Shown: in pieces, positions 1 through 9,382 of the stretch
How the letters are laid out: each line of letters begins with the position of its first letter
Numbering within the stretch: the first letter of the stretch is position 1
Assembly: GCA_030697505.1 (NCBI GenBank)
Contig: JAUYPX010000026.1
Span: forward strand, 53,322 to 117,321
DNA from: Nanobdellota archaeon
GTDB lineage: Archaea > Nanobdellota > Nanobdellia > Woesearchaeales > GW2011-AR9
Reading direction: 5' to 3'
Length of the DNA: 64,000 bases
Translations under genes and position numbers: made by a program
The notes under the pieces: model-generated
Told to the model about the DNA's origin: nothing
Database searches by the model: none
The model's input: only the letters and a program-made list of their open reading frames with translations

Positions 1-1762
1 CCCATTGCAGAGACCGGTCTGCCTCAATATCTCTGATTATTCTCTTCCCTAGCAAGCTCCAATAATATTTCGGCTTGATGCCAGTTTCTGGTTTTTTCAT
101 GCGCACCATTTCCGCAGTAAGTACTGTGCCCGCAGGAATATCGACATGCGCTACCACGCTCCGTCGAGCTGTTCTTGCAACTTCATCTTCACGCAGAGTT
201 CGCCGTTTCACTCCATCTCCTAAAGCCATCTCAATATTTCTAACTGCCCGTACTAAGGCTTCTAACTCTCCGAAAACTAACGACGCTTTATGATCAGGCC
301 CTGGCAAAGTTTTATCGAGAGTAAAATGCCGCTCCAATATTCTTGCTCCTAAGGCAACTGCAACCGTAGAAGCTTCAATACCCATGGTATGATCAGAATA
401 ACCAATATGTAATGTAGGATAGCGTTCACGCAAACGAGCAATAACATTCAGATTTGCATCTTGGAACTGAGTAGGGTAATCAGATACTGCATGGAGTAAA
501 ATTATTTGTTCATTTCCTACTTCTTGACAGACTTGAATAGCTTCATCAATTTCTTCATATGTTGCCATGCCTGTTGAAATGATCATCGGTTTTCCACATT
601 TGGCCGTATCTTTCAACAGAGGTAAATTAGTAATATGCGGAGATCCTATTTTGTAGGCAGGCGGATCAACCTTCTTTAAAACTTCCAGGCTTTCCGCATC
701 CGACGCAGTAGATAGAAAAATAGTCCCTTTCTTTGCCGCATATTCCGCCAGCATCTTGGTCTGATCTTCGGTGATTTTCAATCGTTCCAGCATGGTTTGA
801 TAATTCCCTTCTGGACCATCATTCTCTTTTTGATAGGTAACTTTCGGAGTAAACTTACTGGTGCCGGTCTGTGGATTAAAGTTTTGAAACTTCACTGCAT
901 CTGCGCCTGCTTCTACCGCTAAATCTATCAATTTGTGAGCCAGATCCATATCTCCATTATGATTAACCCCTATTTCAGCGATAATAAAGGTTGGATGCTC
1001 ATCACCGAGCTGCTTTCCGGCAATAGTTATTGGTTTCCGAGAGATATGGTTTTGTTTTCCTTGCTCTAACCTTTTTCTTTCCTCAAGTATTTTTTCCGCT
1101 ACCTGCCAATCAGCATACGTATCAATGTCTAAAGAATCATCTTGAGACATAATTACAGGGATATTCTTTTCTCCATACAAATTTCCGGTAGAGAGAAATA
1201 CTTCTTTGCGAACTACATAGGCTGCGCCATTAAGGATGTAATGAGTCCTTCGCAAAGATTTGTTAAAAAAAGCAGTCTTGTTTTGAAAAACTAATTTTTC
1301 GCCCTCTTCCACAAACATCAGTTCCGGTTTTTCCTTCACTAGTGCAACTGTTTGACTGGAATCAGCATCATTATCAACTAATTTCTTGATACATTTTTCA
1401 ATTTCAGCAGTTTTTCGAAAAGGACAGGTTGGCTGTAAAAGAACCACTAAATCATATTTTTCCTGTTGCTCTTTCTCAAATTCTGTCACCACATAGCGCA
1501 AGGAATCCTGTGAGGTGGTAGCGTCTTCCGCTAAATGCGCCGGCCTTTTTTGCACTACACAAGGAAACCTACTGCTTACTTTCAGAATTTCATCACTGTC
1601 GCTGGAAACGACGATCTTATCGATCAGCGCTGATCGTACTGCCGCCTGGATAGTATGTCCTATCAAAGGAACTCGACCTAAATTTTTTATATTTTTCCCC
1701 GGAAGTCTTTTTGAACCGCCCCGAGCTAAGATAACTGCAAGTATCTTTTTCCCTTTATACAT
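1..1762 (-). CDS. Bifunctional fusion. The N-terminal domain is an acylneuraminate/nonulosonate cytidylyltransferase (NeuA-like CMP-NulO synthetase). The C-terminal domain is a NeuB-type nonulosonic acid synthase with SAF domain. The 3' end runs a few codons past the window start.
   Basis: Absent from the ORF track because it is open at position 1. Manual minus-strand translation starts at the ATG at 1762..1760 and gives MYKGKKILAVILARGGSKRLPGKNIKNLGRVPLIGHTI (CMP-sugar synthetase motif). It continues without a stop through ...EERKRLEQGKQNHISRKPITIAGKQLGDEHPTFIIAEIGVNHNGD...KFQNFNPQ...PAYKIGSPHITNLPLL... (NeuB TIM-barrel). It reaches a SAF-like ...DIPAGTVLTAEMVRMKKPETGIKP... at the edge, about 587 codons in all. 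Confidence 0.8.
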   Translation of the reverse strand, partial: MYKGKKILAVILARGGSKRLPGKNIKNLGRVPLIGHTIQAAVRSALIDKIVVSSDSDEILKVSSRFPCVVQKRPAHLAEDATTSQDSLRYVVTEFEKEQQEKYDLVVLLQPTCPFRKTAEIEKCIKKLVDNDADSSQTVALVKEKPELMFVEEGEKLVFQNKTAFFNKSLRRTHYILNGAAYVVRKEVFLSTGNLYGEKNIPVIMSQDDSLDIDTYADWQVAEKILEERKRLEQGKQNHISRKPITIAGKQLGDEHPTFIIAEIGVNHNGDMDLAHKLIDLAVEAGADAVKFQNFNPQTGTSKFTPKVTYQKENDGPEGNYQTMLERLKITEDQTKMLAEYAAKKGTIFLSTASDAESLEVLKKVDPPAYKIGSPHITNLPLLKDTAKCGKPMIISTGMATYEEIDEAIQVCQEVGNEQIILLHAVSDYPTQFQDANLNVIARLRERYPTLHIGYSDHTMGIEASTVAVALGARILERHFTLDKTLPGPDHKASLVFGELEALVRAVRNIEMALGDGVKRRTLREDEVARTARRSVVAHVDIPAGTVLTAEMVRMKKPETGIKPKYYWSLLGKRIIRDIEADRSLQW

Positions 1763-1795
1763 ATATTCTCCTCCCAAAAAGACATTCTTAAATGT

Positions 1796-2734
1796 TTAGT
1801 ATCCTTGTTCTAAATCAACAACATTGGTGATCTTCCCGGTAGCGGCAAAAAGCCGTAAGTTCTTGATGACATCATCTAAATGCGGCGCTCCCTCTACCAC
1901 AGCAGCCCTATAAGGAGAAAGGATAATGTTATCTAATTTTTCAAAAGGAAATCTGGTTGAAAATTGTACTGAGTTAGCGCCTTTTAAAAAATCATCATAC
2001 CACACATCGATTGCTGCTGCCTGAATTTGTTTATTCTTTAATGCCGTATACAACGCTTCTTGGTCTATGACCGGCCCTCGTCCTACATTGATCAAGCCAG
2101 CTGACTTTTTCATAAACGCAAATTCTTTCTTTCCGATCAATCCCCTTGTCTCTGAAGTTAACGGCAAGGTCACCACGATGTAATCTGCCTGAGAAAGCAC
2201 TTCTTTCAAATTATTGGTAACATAAATCCCTGGATCTTTCTGCCCCATTTCCTGACGTCTGAAAACCATCAGCCTGCAGCCAAAAGGGCCAAGAAATTCC
2301 GACAATTTTTTTCCGATCTTCCCATACCCTAAAATGCCCACCACTTTTCCTTTCAGGGTTTCAGGTAATCGTTCCTGCCTCTGCACGACCATCTTCTTGG
2401 TTAAGGCCAGAAGCAGAGTGACGGCATATTCGGCGACATAGTGGCTGTTGGAATGCGAATTGCAGAGCAAAATATCTTTTCTTTTCAGCACAGAAAGAGG
2501 TAATTTTTCCACCCCTGCGCTGGGAGTTTGAATTAATTTCAAGTTAATGCAATTATCTAGCACTTTTTCAGTAACCTTCATCCCCAGCAAAACATCTGCT
2601 GAGCCAGCCAGGGAAGCTAGATGATCTTCCGTATACTCATCAGGAAAAATAATAGTGTAAAGATCTTGAAGGCCATTGACTAATTTCTCCTTATCCGTAT
2701 CGTTAAACTTATGCAATGAAAGAAGTGTTAGCAT
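1796..2734 (-). CDS. D-isomer-specific 2-hydroxyacid dehydrogenase family (NAD-binding), paralog 1
   Basis: ORF-track protein has the GxGxxG Rossmann signature VGILGYGKIGKKLSEF plus catalytic-domain similarity to glycerate/phosphoglycerate dehydrogenases. Confidence 0.75.
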   Translation of the reverse strand: MLTLLSLHKFNDTDKEKLVNGLQDLYTIIFPDEYTEDHLASLAGSADVLLGMKVTEKVLDNCINLKLIQTPSAGVEKLPLSVLKRKDILLCNSHSNSHYVAEYAVTLLLALTKKMVVQRQERLPETLKGKVVGILGYGKIGKKLSEFLGPFGCRLMVFRRQEMGQKDPGIYVTNNLKEVLSQADYIVVTLPLTSETRGLIGKKEFAFMKKSAGLINVGRGPVIDQEALYTALKNKQIQAAAIDVWYDDFLKGANSVQFSTRFPFEKLDNIILSPYRAAVVEGAPHLDDVIKNLRLFAATGKITNVVDLEQGY

Positions 2735-2757
2735 TTTTTTATTTCCCCATGCTAAAA

Positions 2758-3933
2758 TCAGAGCCGCAGCTCCTGCACAAATTCTTCAAGGTAGTGAACT
2801 CCTTTCGCAAATTCGGCTTCATCTACTCCTAAACTTATTCTGATATGATCATCCCAATGTTCGCCGAAGACCATTCCTGGGGTAGCCGCTACCCCTTTGC
2901 TCTCTACCAGCTTGGTACAAAATTCATCTGAGCCCAACCCTGATCCAGAGATGTTGATAAAACAGAACTGGCTGCCTTGAGGCTGGACTAATGATAATAG
3001 GCCATTTTGTGAAATCATCTTCTGAAGTTCCAGAGCATTCTTCTGTAACAAGGTACGGAAAGAAGACAAATAATCTGCAGGTAAAGAAAAAGCGGCGCAG
3101 GCTCCTTTTTGGATGAAAGTGCAGACATTGGTATTGACATGATGCTGCATTTCTGCGATATGCTGCGCGATTGGGAGCGGAGCTATCACATAGCCTAATC
3201 TCCATCCAGTCATGCTATACGCTTTGCTGAAGCCATTTACAGTTATCAGTTTTCCTGCCAATCCCTTGACTGAACCAAGACTAAAATGGGTTTCATCTGA
3301 ATAGGCTAACTTTTCATATACCTCGTCAGAAAGAAGATAAAAATCATGTTTTATCGCCAGCTCAGCCAGCTGCAGCAGCTGCTCTTTTGAAAACATTTTT
3401 CCGGTCGGATTATGCGGAGTGTTGACGATCAATAATTTCGTTTTGGGAGTGATATTTTTTTCAATCTCCTCAATATCTAAAGAAAAATCGTTCTTGTTCA
3501 AGTCAATGACATTTATTTTCACTGACGGTTCAGCCAATTTCAATTGAGGGATATAGCTGGGATAGCAAGGAGCGATGACTATGGCTTCATCTTCCGGTTC
3601 TAGTAATGCTAACAAACTTAGATAAATAGCCTGTTTCGCACCAGTAGTCATGACGATATTTTGGATGCCGCATTCAATGCCATTTTCTTCGGATAATTTT
3701 TTCTTGATCAATTCTCGTAATTCCACCAACCCATACTTATGGGAGTATTTGGTATATCCAGCATGTAGTGCGGCGACGGTGCTTTCTTTTACCGCTGCAG
3801 GAGTTGGATAGGGAGATTCGCCTAATCCCAAAGAAATAACTTCCTTTCCTTCCTGAATTCTTTTCCGGGTCGCTTCGCTCACCTTCAACTGTAGAGAACC
3901 GCTAAAATCCATTCGTTTACTTTTATTCATCAT
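2758..3933 (-). CDS. PLP-dependent aminotransferase, class I/II (aspartate/aromatic aminotransferase fold)
   Basis: Motifs NTPHNPTG and SKAYSMTGWRLGY (PLP-lysine region) are typical of fold-type I AAT-family enzymes. Confidence 0.8.
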   Translation of the reverse strand: MMNKSKRMDFSGSLQLKVSEATRKRIQEGKEVISLGLGESPYPTPAAVKESTVAALHAGYTKYSHKYGLVELRELIKKKLSEENGIECGIQNIVMTTGAKQAIYLSLLALLEPEDEAIVIAPCYPSYIPQLKLAEPSVKINVIDLNKNDFSLDIEEIEKNITPKTKLLIVNTPHNPTGKMFSKEQLLQLAELAIKHDFYLLSDEVYEKLAYSDETHFSLGSVKGLAGKLITVNGFSKAYSMTGWRLGYVIAPLPIAQHIAEMQHHVNTNVCTFIQKGACAAFSLPADYLSSFRTLLQKNALELQKMISQNGLLSLVQPQGSQFCFINISGSGLGSDEFCTKLVESKGVAATPGMVFGEHWDDHIRISLGVDEAEFAKGVHYLEEFVQELRL

Positions 3934-5194
3934 TCCGTTTCTCTACCCAAACCGGTTTCTTTAACTTCCAAGTTCCATCCGCAAATTCCCAGAGATTCTT
4001 ATTGCGAAACTTTTCAATACACTCCAAAAACCGTCCCTCGGTTATGCCCAGGTAGTCAAGGAAATCCTGGAAATACTTTTTAGGAAACTCCTGATCAAAC
4101 TTTTTAACTAAAGCGACTGCTTCTTCGCGGGTAATTTTATTGTTCCGGCATTCCTGTGCGGCATCATAAGTAGCCCGGCCGATCCCAAATTTGACTAATT
4201 GTGTATAATAATGGAAAGGATCGCTTTTATCATCGATGCTGCTATACTTGGAGTAAGACCCTTCCGTACGTTCGGTGTTTGCCTCAAATCCTATATGCTC
4301 CACCGCATAATAATACGCTTCCTGAGGATCCCATTTAACATACCATCCTAAATAATGGACTTGAATACCTTTTTGATCATACTCTTCTGGATCGATGGGA
4401 AGATATGCTTTTAGGTCAGTCATGCTAGCTCCGTGCTTTTCAATTAATTCCTTTATCGGAACTCCGCCTAAACACATCTTGTCATAATCGGCGCCAGTAT
4501 GATAATGTTTTTTGCGTTGCGCCCCATCATTTCCTGGGTCGCCATAATCAACTCCTGGTTCTCCATAAAAGACCAGAGGGATATCGAACTTAGCGGCAAT
4601 CTTAGGCGCCAGGTTCTTCTGCCCTAAAATAAACGGTTGGAACGGATGCAATAAATTTTCAAATGCCAGTTTAGTCAAGAGTTTATGCACTTTCCCATTT
4701 GGATGAAAAAGAATATTATCAAACCCTGCACCAATCCAATGCTGCATATTTCGCCAACCTACTTCAGTATACATGTGCGGAGCCCAGGTTACGGTGAGAG
4801 GATTCATTTTATATTTATATTTTAACAAGTGAGCTACCATCACGCTATCCTTGCCGCCGCTGCCGGAAACAATACAATCGTGCGACCCATCGCTCTTTCT
4901 ATATTTGTCGCATAAATCCCATAATAATTTCTCTCGTTCCTGCCAATCGATTTGATTAGTTTTTTTTTCATGATACCGACAGGCCGCGCATACTCCCGTC
5001 TCATCAAAATCAATGGTCTCTGTTGCCGAATTAGAATTATGTTTAAATTCGGATTTCTTGGCTAAAGGCCGCTGATTAGAGATGATGCATTTCGTGCAGT
5101 ATTTGACCTCCCGTGGTAATCCGTAAGGAACATCTACTACCTCAACTTGTTCTGTTTGTTGATGGTTTACATCTTCTAATCTATTTTCTGCCAT
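3923..5194 (-). CDS. N-acetyl sugar amidotransferase (WbuX/WbpG/PseA/AglX family; PP-loop ATP pyrophosphatase)
   Basis: N-terminal Cys pairs (CTKCIISNQRP...CAACRYHEKK, zinc-ribbon) precede the PP-loop IVSGSGGKDSVMVAHLL. It sits next to HisH/HisF paralogs, the canonical WbuXYZ/AglXYZ arrangement. Confidence 0.75.
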   Translation of the reverse strand: MAENRLEDVNHQQTEQVEVVDVPYGLPREVKYCTKCIISNQRPLAKKSEFKHNSNSATETIDFDETGVCAACRYHEKKTNQIDWQEREKLLWDLCDKYRKSDGSHDCIVSGSGGKDSVMVAHLLKYKYKMNPLTVTWAPHMYTEVGWRNMQHWIGAGFDNILFHPNGKVHKLLTKLAFENLLHPFQPFILGQKNLAPKIAAKFDIPLVFYGEPGVDYGDPGNDGAQRKKHYHTGADYDKMCLGGVPIKELIEKHGASMTDLKAYLPIDPEEYDQKGIQVHYLGWYVKWDPQEAYYYAVEHIGFEANTERTEGSYSKYSSIDDKSDPFHYYTQLVKFGIGRATYDAAQECRNNKITREEAVALVKKFDQEFPKKYFQDFLDYLGITEGRFLECIEKFRNKNLWEFADGTWKLKKPVWVEKRNDE

Positions 5195-5203
5195 TTTTCC
5201 ACC

Positions 5204-6703
5204 TCATGCATTAGCAAATAAATTGAGCATATCTAATCCAAATTCCCCGCTTTTTTCAGGATGAAACTGGCATCCATAGATGTTTCCTTTTTTAAAAACG
5301 GCGCAGAATTTTTGTCCACCATACTCAGTGGTAGCCAACACCGTGCCCTGATCATCCGGGACGAGGTAATAGGAATGGATAAAATAAACTTTGGTATTCA
5401 AAGGAGTGTCGCCTAAAATAGTATTGCTCCAAGCCAGGCTTGATGCCGGAGTAAGAGTATTCCACACCACATGCGGTACACGGTAACCTTTGACAGCAAC
5501 TTCTTGCGGTTTCTTGAATCCGACCACTTTTCCTTTGACGATATCTAAACCTTGATGCCTTCCAAATTCTTCACTTTCACTCAATAATAATTGCGCGCCT
5601 AAGCAGATCCCTAAGAGCGGCTTTCCTGAGGCGACATACTCTTTTATCGCTGACGCCAGTCCGCGTTTCTCGAGCTGGGCCATGCCTTCTCCATATGCGC
5701 CTACTCCTGGCAATACCAAATGTGTCGCCTCTTTAACTTCCCAGGAAGCACAGACTATTTTAACCTGAGCTCCAATCTTTTCAAAGGCGCTAATCACGCT
5801 CATGATATTTCCAACACCGTAATCGATGATCGAAATCACCTTTCCTTTTTTCTTCTCATGATTTTTAACTTCTCCTTTTACGGATTCATGATTTTTTCTA
5901 AAAGATAGGTTCGTTTTTTCCTTTTCCAATGCAGTTTTAATTTCAGGGAGGGTAGACTTTTTGTAATGCAATATCGAGCCCACGGCAACCGCATCACAGT
6001 TTGTTTCTATTGCACATTTTACCACGTGCTGCGGATTTCCTGCGCCGCCAGAAGCAATAATTGGAACAGACACTAATGTTGAAATTTTCTGCATCAATTC
6101 AAGGTCATAACCAGATTCGCAGCCATCTCTATCTACAGAAGTGATAAGCAGCTCGCCTGCTCCCAGTTCCACCAGTTTTACTGCCCACTCCACCGCATCC
6201 AAACCGGTCCTTTCCCGGCCATTGTCTACATACGCTTCCCATTTTTGAGGGCCTATTTTTTTAGCTTCGATGGAACCAACAATGCATTGTGAACCAAATC
6301 TCCTCGCCGCTTCCGTGATCAATTCAGGTCTCCGAGTAGCGGCAGTGTTTATAGCAACTTTATCTGCGCCCGCATGCAACAGCTCCTGAATATCTTCCAG
6401 TTTTCGTACCCCGCCGCCTACGGTCATGGGCACATACACGCCTAAGGAGATCGCTTCTTTTACCACATTCGATAAATTATTTCGCCCATATAAACTGGCC
6501 ACGATATCAATATATAAGATTTCATCGGCGCCTTGCTCATAATATTGTTTCGCTAATTCCGCCGGTTTTCCCACTACTCGCAGGCCTTCTAACCTGAGTC
6601 CCTTTACAACGTTAGAACCTTTAACATCCAACCTAGAAATAATCCGTACATTCCTCATGAAAATACCACTATAACGGGTGTTTTTAAAGATTATGATATC
6701 CAA
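5204..6703 (-). CDS. Fused imidazole-glycerol-phosphate-synthase paralog. HisF-like cyclase/ammonia-channel domain is N-terminal and HisH-like class-I glutamine amidotransferase is C-terminal (WbuZ-WbuY-like).
   Basis: N-terminal half has IISRLDVKGSNVVKG, DEILYIDIVAS, PMTVGGGVR, GAGELLITSVDRDGC and PIIASGGAG (HisF). C-terminal half has IIDYGVGNIMSV, LVLPGVGAYG, GICLGAQLL and QFHPEKS (HisH catalytic Cys/His). Confidence 0.85.
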   Translation of the reverse strand: MDIIIFKNTRYSGIFMRNVRIISRLDVKGSNVVKGLRLEGLRVVGKPAELAKQYYEQGADEILYIDIVASLYGRNNLSNVVKEAISLGVYVPMTVGGGVRKLEDIQELLHAGADKVAINTAATRRPELITEAARRFGSQCIVGSIEAKKIGPQKWEAYVDNGRERTGLDAVEWAVKLVELGAGELLITSVDRDGCESGYDLELMQKISTLVSVPIIASGGAGNPQHVVKCAIETNCDAVAVGSILHYKKSTLPEIKTALEKEKTNLSFRKNHESVKGEVKNHEKKKGKVISIIDYGVGNIMSVISAFEKIGAQVKIVCASWEVKEATHLVLPGVGAYGEGMAQLEKRGLASAIKEYVASGKPLLGICLGAQLLLSESEEFGRHQGLDIVKGKVVGFKKPQEVAVKGYRVPHVVWNTLTPASSLAWSNTILGDTPLNTKVYFIHSYYLVPDDQGTVLATTEYGGQKFCAVFKKGNIYGCQFHPEKSGEFGLDMLNLFANA

Positions 6704-6756
6704 GCTAACCTTCCGCTAAAGAAAATTTTATAAATAGCAAGACTGCTCACCGCATC

Positions 6757-7599
6757 ATGAACAGTTCTATATTAGTCATGGGCTATGATGTGGAAAGATA
6801 TATGTCTCCCGAAGATAGGATGTCTTCTCTGCAGGGAGTGAAAAAAATAATTGCCCTACATAGGGCTTACCACGCACCTTTCACCTTCTTCATGCTTGGC
6901 AAGCTTTTAGAATACGATGACTATGTCGCAGAATTGAAAAAAGAACTTGCCCTTGCTGGGGATTTAGCGGATATCCAACAACATACCTATTCTCATCCGC
7001 TCTTAAAAGTCAATGAGAGATACATGCGCGAGAAAAATAGGAAACCCCTTTCTGTCTCTGAAATAGACGCAGAAATTAAGAAAGCTAATCACATCATAGA
7101 AAGTAAATTAGGAGTAAAGGTATTTGGACTAAAAACTCCTATCGGTTTTCACAAAGGCCTTCAGGGAGAAAAAGCCATATTGGATGTCCTTAAAAAAAAT
7201 GGCATGCGCTTTGTTTCTTCAGACCTGGTTGGGAAAGGCGATCATCCGCCTGCGCTCTTGGAAGAAGACGGAAAGCTGAGGCAGCACTATGTATATGAAA
7301 ATGGCCTAACTGAAGTTCCCACTCACGGTTGGCACGACACCCATATACTGTTAAAGAACATGTCTCCCTATAAAGGCGTTAAGGAAGCCTGTGCATACTA
7401 CCAAAATGAATTAAGCAAGGCCCATAATAAAGGCATGATGTACGCTCCAAATTTACATCCTTTTATATATAGCGACCGTGATCACGACCCGCAGGCTTCC
7501 ATCGTGGAAACTTTCTTATCATTTGCAAAAGCAAATAAAATACCGGTGATGAGTTATGCGGGATATGTTGAGCATATTCAAAAAAAATCTAACCCTTAA
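6757..7599 (+). CDS. Polysaccharide deacetylase-like (NodB/CE4 homology domain), divergent
   Basis: HTYSHP-type His motif and overall NodB-like features. Weak, by-eye assignment. Confidence 0.45.
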   Translation: MNSSILVMGYDVERYMSPEDRMSSLQGVKKIIALHRAYHAPFTFFMLGKLLEYDDYVAELKKELALAGDLADIQQHTYSHPLLKVNERYMREKNRKPLSVSEIDAEIKKANHIIESKLGVKVFGLKTPIGFHKGLQGEKAILDVLKKNGMRFVSSDLVGKGDHPPALLEEDGKLRQHYVYENGLTEVPTHGWHDTHILLKNMSPYKGVKEACAYYQNELSKAHNKGMMYAPNLHPFIYSDRDHDPQASIVETFLSFAKANKIPVMSYAGYVEHIQKKSNP

Positions 7600-7610
7600 T
7601 AAGACTATCG

Positions 7611-8279
7611 CTAAGGCCATGACAGGAGGATCTTGCGAAGATCAGTGAAATTTTCGACTATGAAACTTATTTTTGATTTATCTGCCTTTTCCATCTCACC
7701 TAAACCCCAGCCAACCAGGATCATCTTGGTGCCCAGCTTATGGGAAGCCTCAATGTCCGTAGCAGTGTCGCCGACATAATAGTTTCCCTCAAAATCATGC
7801 GGCAAAAAATGTTCTACCAAACGCTGGTATTTTCTATCAGCATGACTCTGCCCAACGGGAACTGGACCGGTAAAGATCACTTTTGAAAAAAAATCTGAAA
7901 TTCCCAAATTTTTCAGCTGATTTACACTATTGTTGATATTATCTCTTAGAGATAGAAGCACTAATTCATATTTTTTTTCCTGCAGCTCAGCTAGGAGCGG
8001 CCGTACTGATTGATGCAGCCTATCCATATCTAGATATCTGCTTTCTTCAAGAATAGAATTTCTATACTGCTTAAAATTAATGATTCTATCTGAAGAGAGA
8101 TGATATTCTTGCACTAATATCTGAGCATCTTTTATCCCTTTCCTTTTAAGATGGAGATATTTTTCTTTGGAGAGGGGAGAAATATTGATCGCTGCACAGC
8201 ATTCACAAAAAACAGCATAATATCGTTCACTTATATCGATGAGCGTGCCATCAAAATCAAAAATTATTTTTTTTCCCAT
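7611..8279 (-). CDS. HAD-superfamily hydrolase/phosphatase
   Basis: N-terminal DxDGTL motif (IIFDFDGTLID). A C-terminal GD..D motif is likely (YVGDTATDIEAS). Confidence 0.7.
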   Translation of the reverse strand: MGKKIIFDFDGTLIDISERYYAVFCECCAAINISPLSKEKYLHLKRKGIKDAQILVQEYHLSSDRIINFKQYRNSILEESRYLDMDRLHQSVRPLLAELQEKKYELVLLSLRDNINNSVNQLKNLGISDFFSKVIFTGPVPVGQSHADRKYQRLVEHFLPHDFEGNYYVGDTATDIEASHKLGTKMILVGWGLGEMEKADKSKISFIVENFTDLRKILLSWP

Positions 8280-8287
8280 ACAACCAT

Positions 8288-9313
8288 CTAGTTCAACAAG
8301 GTATAATTTCGCGGCAATCGCTGCCCATTTTCTTCTACAAAAACTTCATCCCAGTGCCTATACATCCATAATTTATCCTTAAAGTTCCCCAACCGTGGCT
8401 CTACTTTTTCGCCATTGAACAACTTTAACATCAGATAAGGGGTGTTCAAACCGCTGGCGATAGTATGGGCATGAGTGGCGCCGATGCGGGGATTTATCTC
8501 AAAGAGCAATGCTTCTCCAGTCTGCAGGTTTTTGAATATCTGGACGTTTATAGGACCGATCAAACCTAAATGTTCCACAATCTCTTTGGCCATGGTAATC
8601 AAGAGTGGATCCTTGACTGTAACTCCTCTATACGCTGCTCCGTATCTAACTTCTTCTCGAGTTCTGGGTACCACTCCGAGTACTCTGCCATTAAAATCAG
8701 CAGCGACATCGACACTAAACTCTTTCCATGCGCCCAAGTATGGTTGAACAATAGGTATCGGCACTTGACTTGCCTTTTCCTGTAACTCTTCTAAACTATG
8801 GATTACATGAGTGTGTTTTGAGCCGGTTCCTATACGAGGCTTAATGAACAAAGGAAAAGATAATCCGCCAGCTTTCACTTTCTCAACTGCTTCTTCCAAT
8901 AGGAAGGTCGGTACCGTCTTAAAATGGTGTTTCGCAAAATACGTGTAAGCGAGATACTTATCATCACAGATCTTAACTCCCTCAAAATGAGAAACCGCCA
9001 CCATCGTTCCAGTTTCCTTCTCTATTAACTGTTTATGTTGAGAAAGGGCCATGACTTCGCCGTCTGCTCCAGGAAAAAGAATATCTATTTTTTCCTTCTT
9101 ACATACTTTGATGATCTCCGTGACATAAGTAGGATCATCCCCGCGAGGAACTTTGTAAAATGCGTCCGTGAAATATCTGCCTGCATTATCATCCCGCGCA
9201 TCGGTGCTTACCAGATAGACATCAAATTGGTCCTGCTGCCGCACTCCTTTTATGAAACCTTGTGCAGCTACCGTTCCGATTCCCGTTATTAAAACTCTTA
9301 TTTGTTTTTTCAT
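8288..9313 (-). CDS. ATP-grasp domain ligase (carboxylate-amine ligase-like)
   Basis: Domain layout and motifs resemble CPSase/PylC-like ATP-grasp enzymes (ALLFEINPRIG... region, central Gly-rich loop). About 340 aa. Confidence 0.65.
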   Translation of the reverse strand: MKKQIRVLITGIGTVAAQGFIKGVRQQDQFDVYLVSTDARDDNAGRYFTDAFYKVPRGDDPTYVTEIIKVCKKEKIDILFPGADGEVMALSQHKQLIEKETGTMVAVSHFEGVKICDDKYLAYTYFAKHHFKTVPTFLLEEAVEKVKAGGLSFPLFIKPRIGTGSKHTHVIHSLEELQEKASQVPIPIVQPYLGAWKEFSVDVAADFNGRVLGVVPRTREEVRYGAAYRGVTVKDPLLITMAKEIVEHLGLIGPINVQIFKNLQTGEALLFEINPRIGATHAHTIASGLNTPYLMLKLFNGEKVEPRLGNFKDKLWMYRHWDEVFVEENGQRLPRNYTLLN

Positions 9314-9382
9314 ACTTTATCAACAGAGTTGTCAGTTTAAAAGTTTTTTGAATACTAAATCTTTTTCTGATTAGGTTAAACC

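Noticed and set aside
2924-3205. Numerous short ORFs in the track that lie inside or antisense to large well-supported genes (for example 2924..3205, 8475..8747, 47825..48241, 55279..55668, 55434..55778)
   Set aside because: They overlap conserved coding regions in other frames and lack recognisable motifs, so they are treated as spurious.
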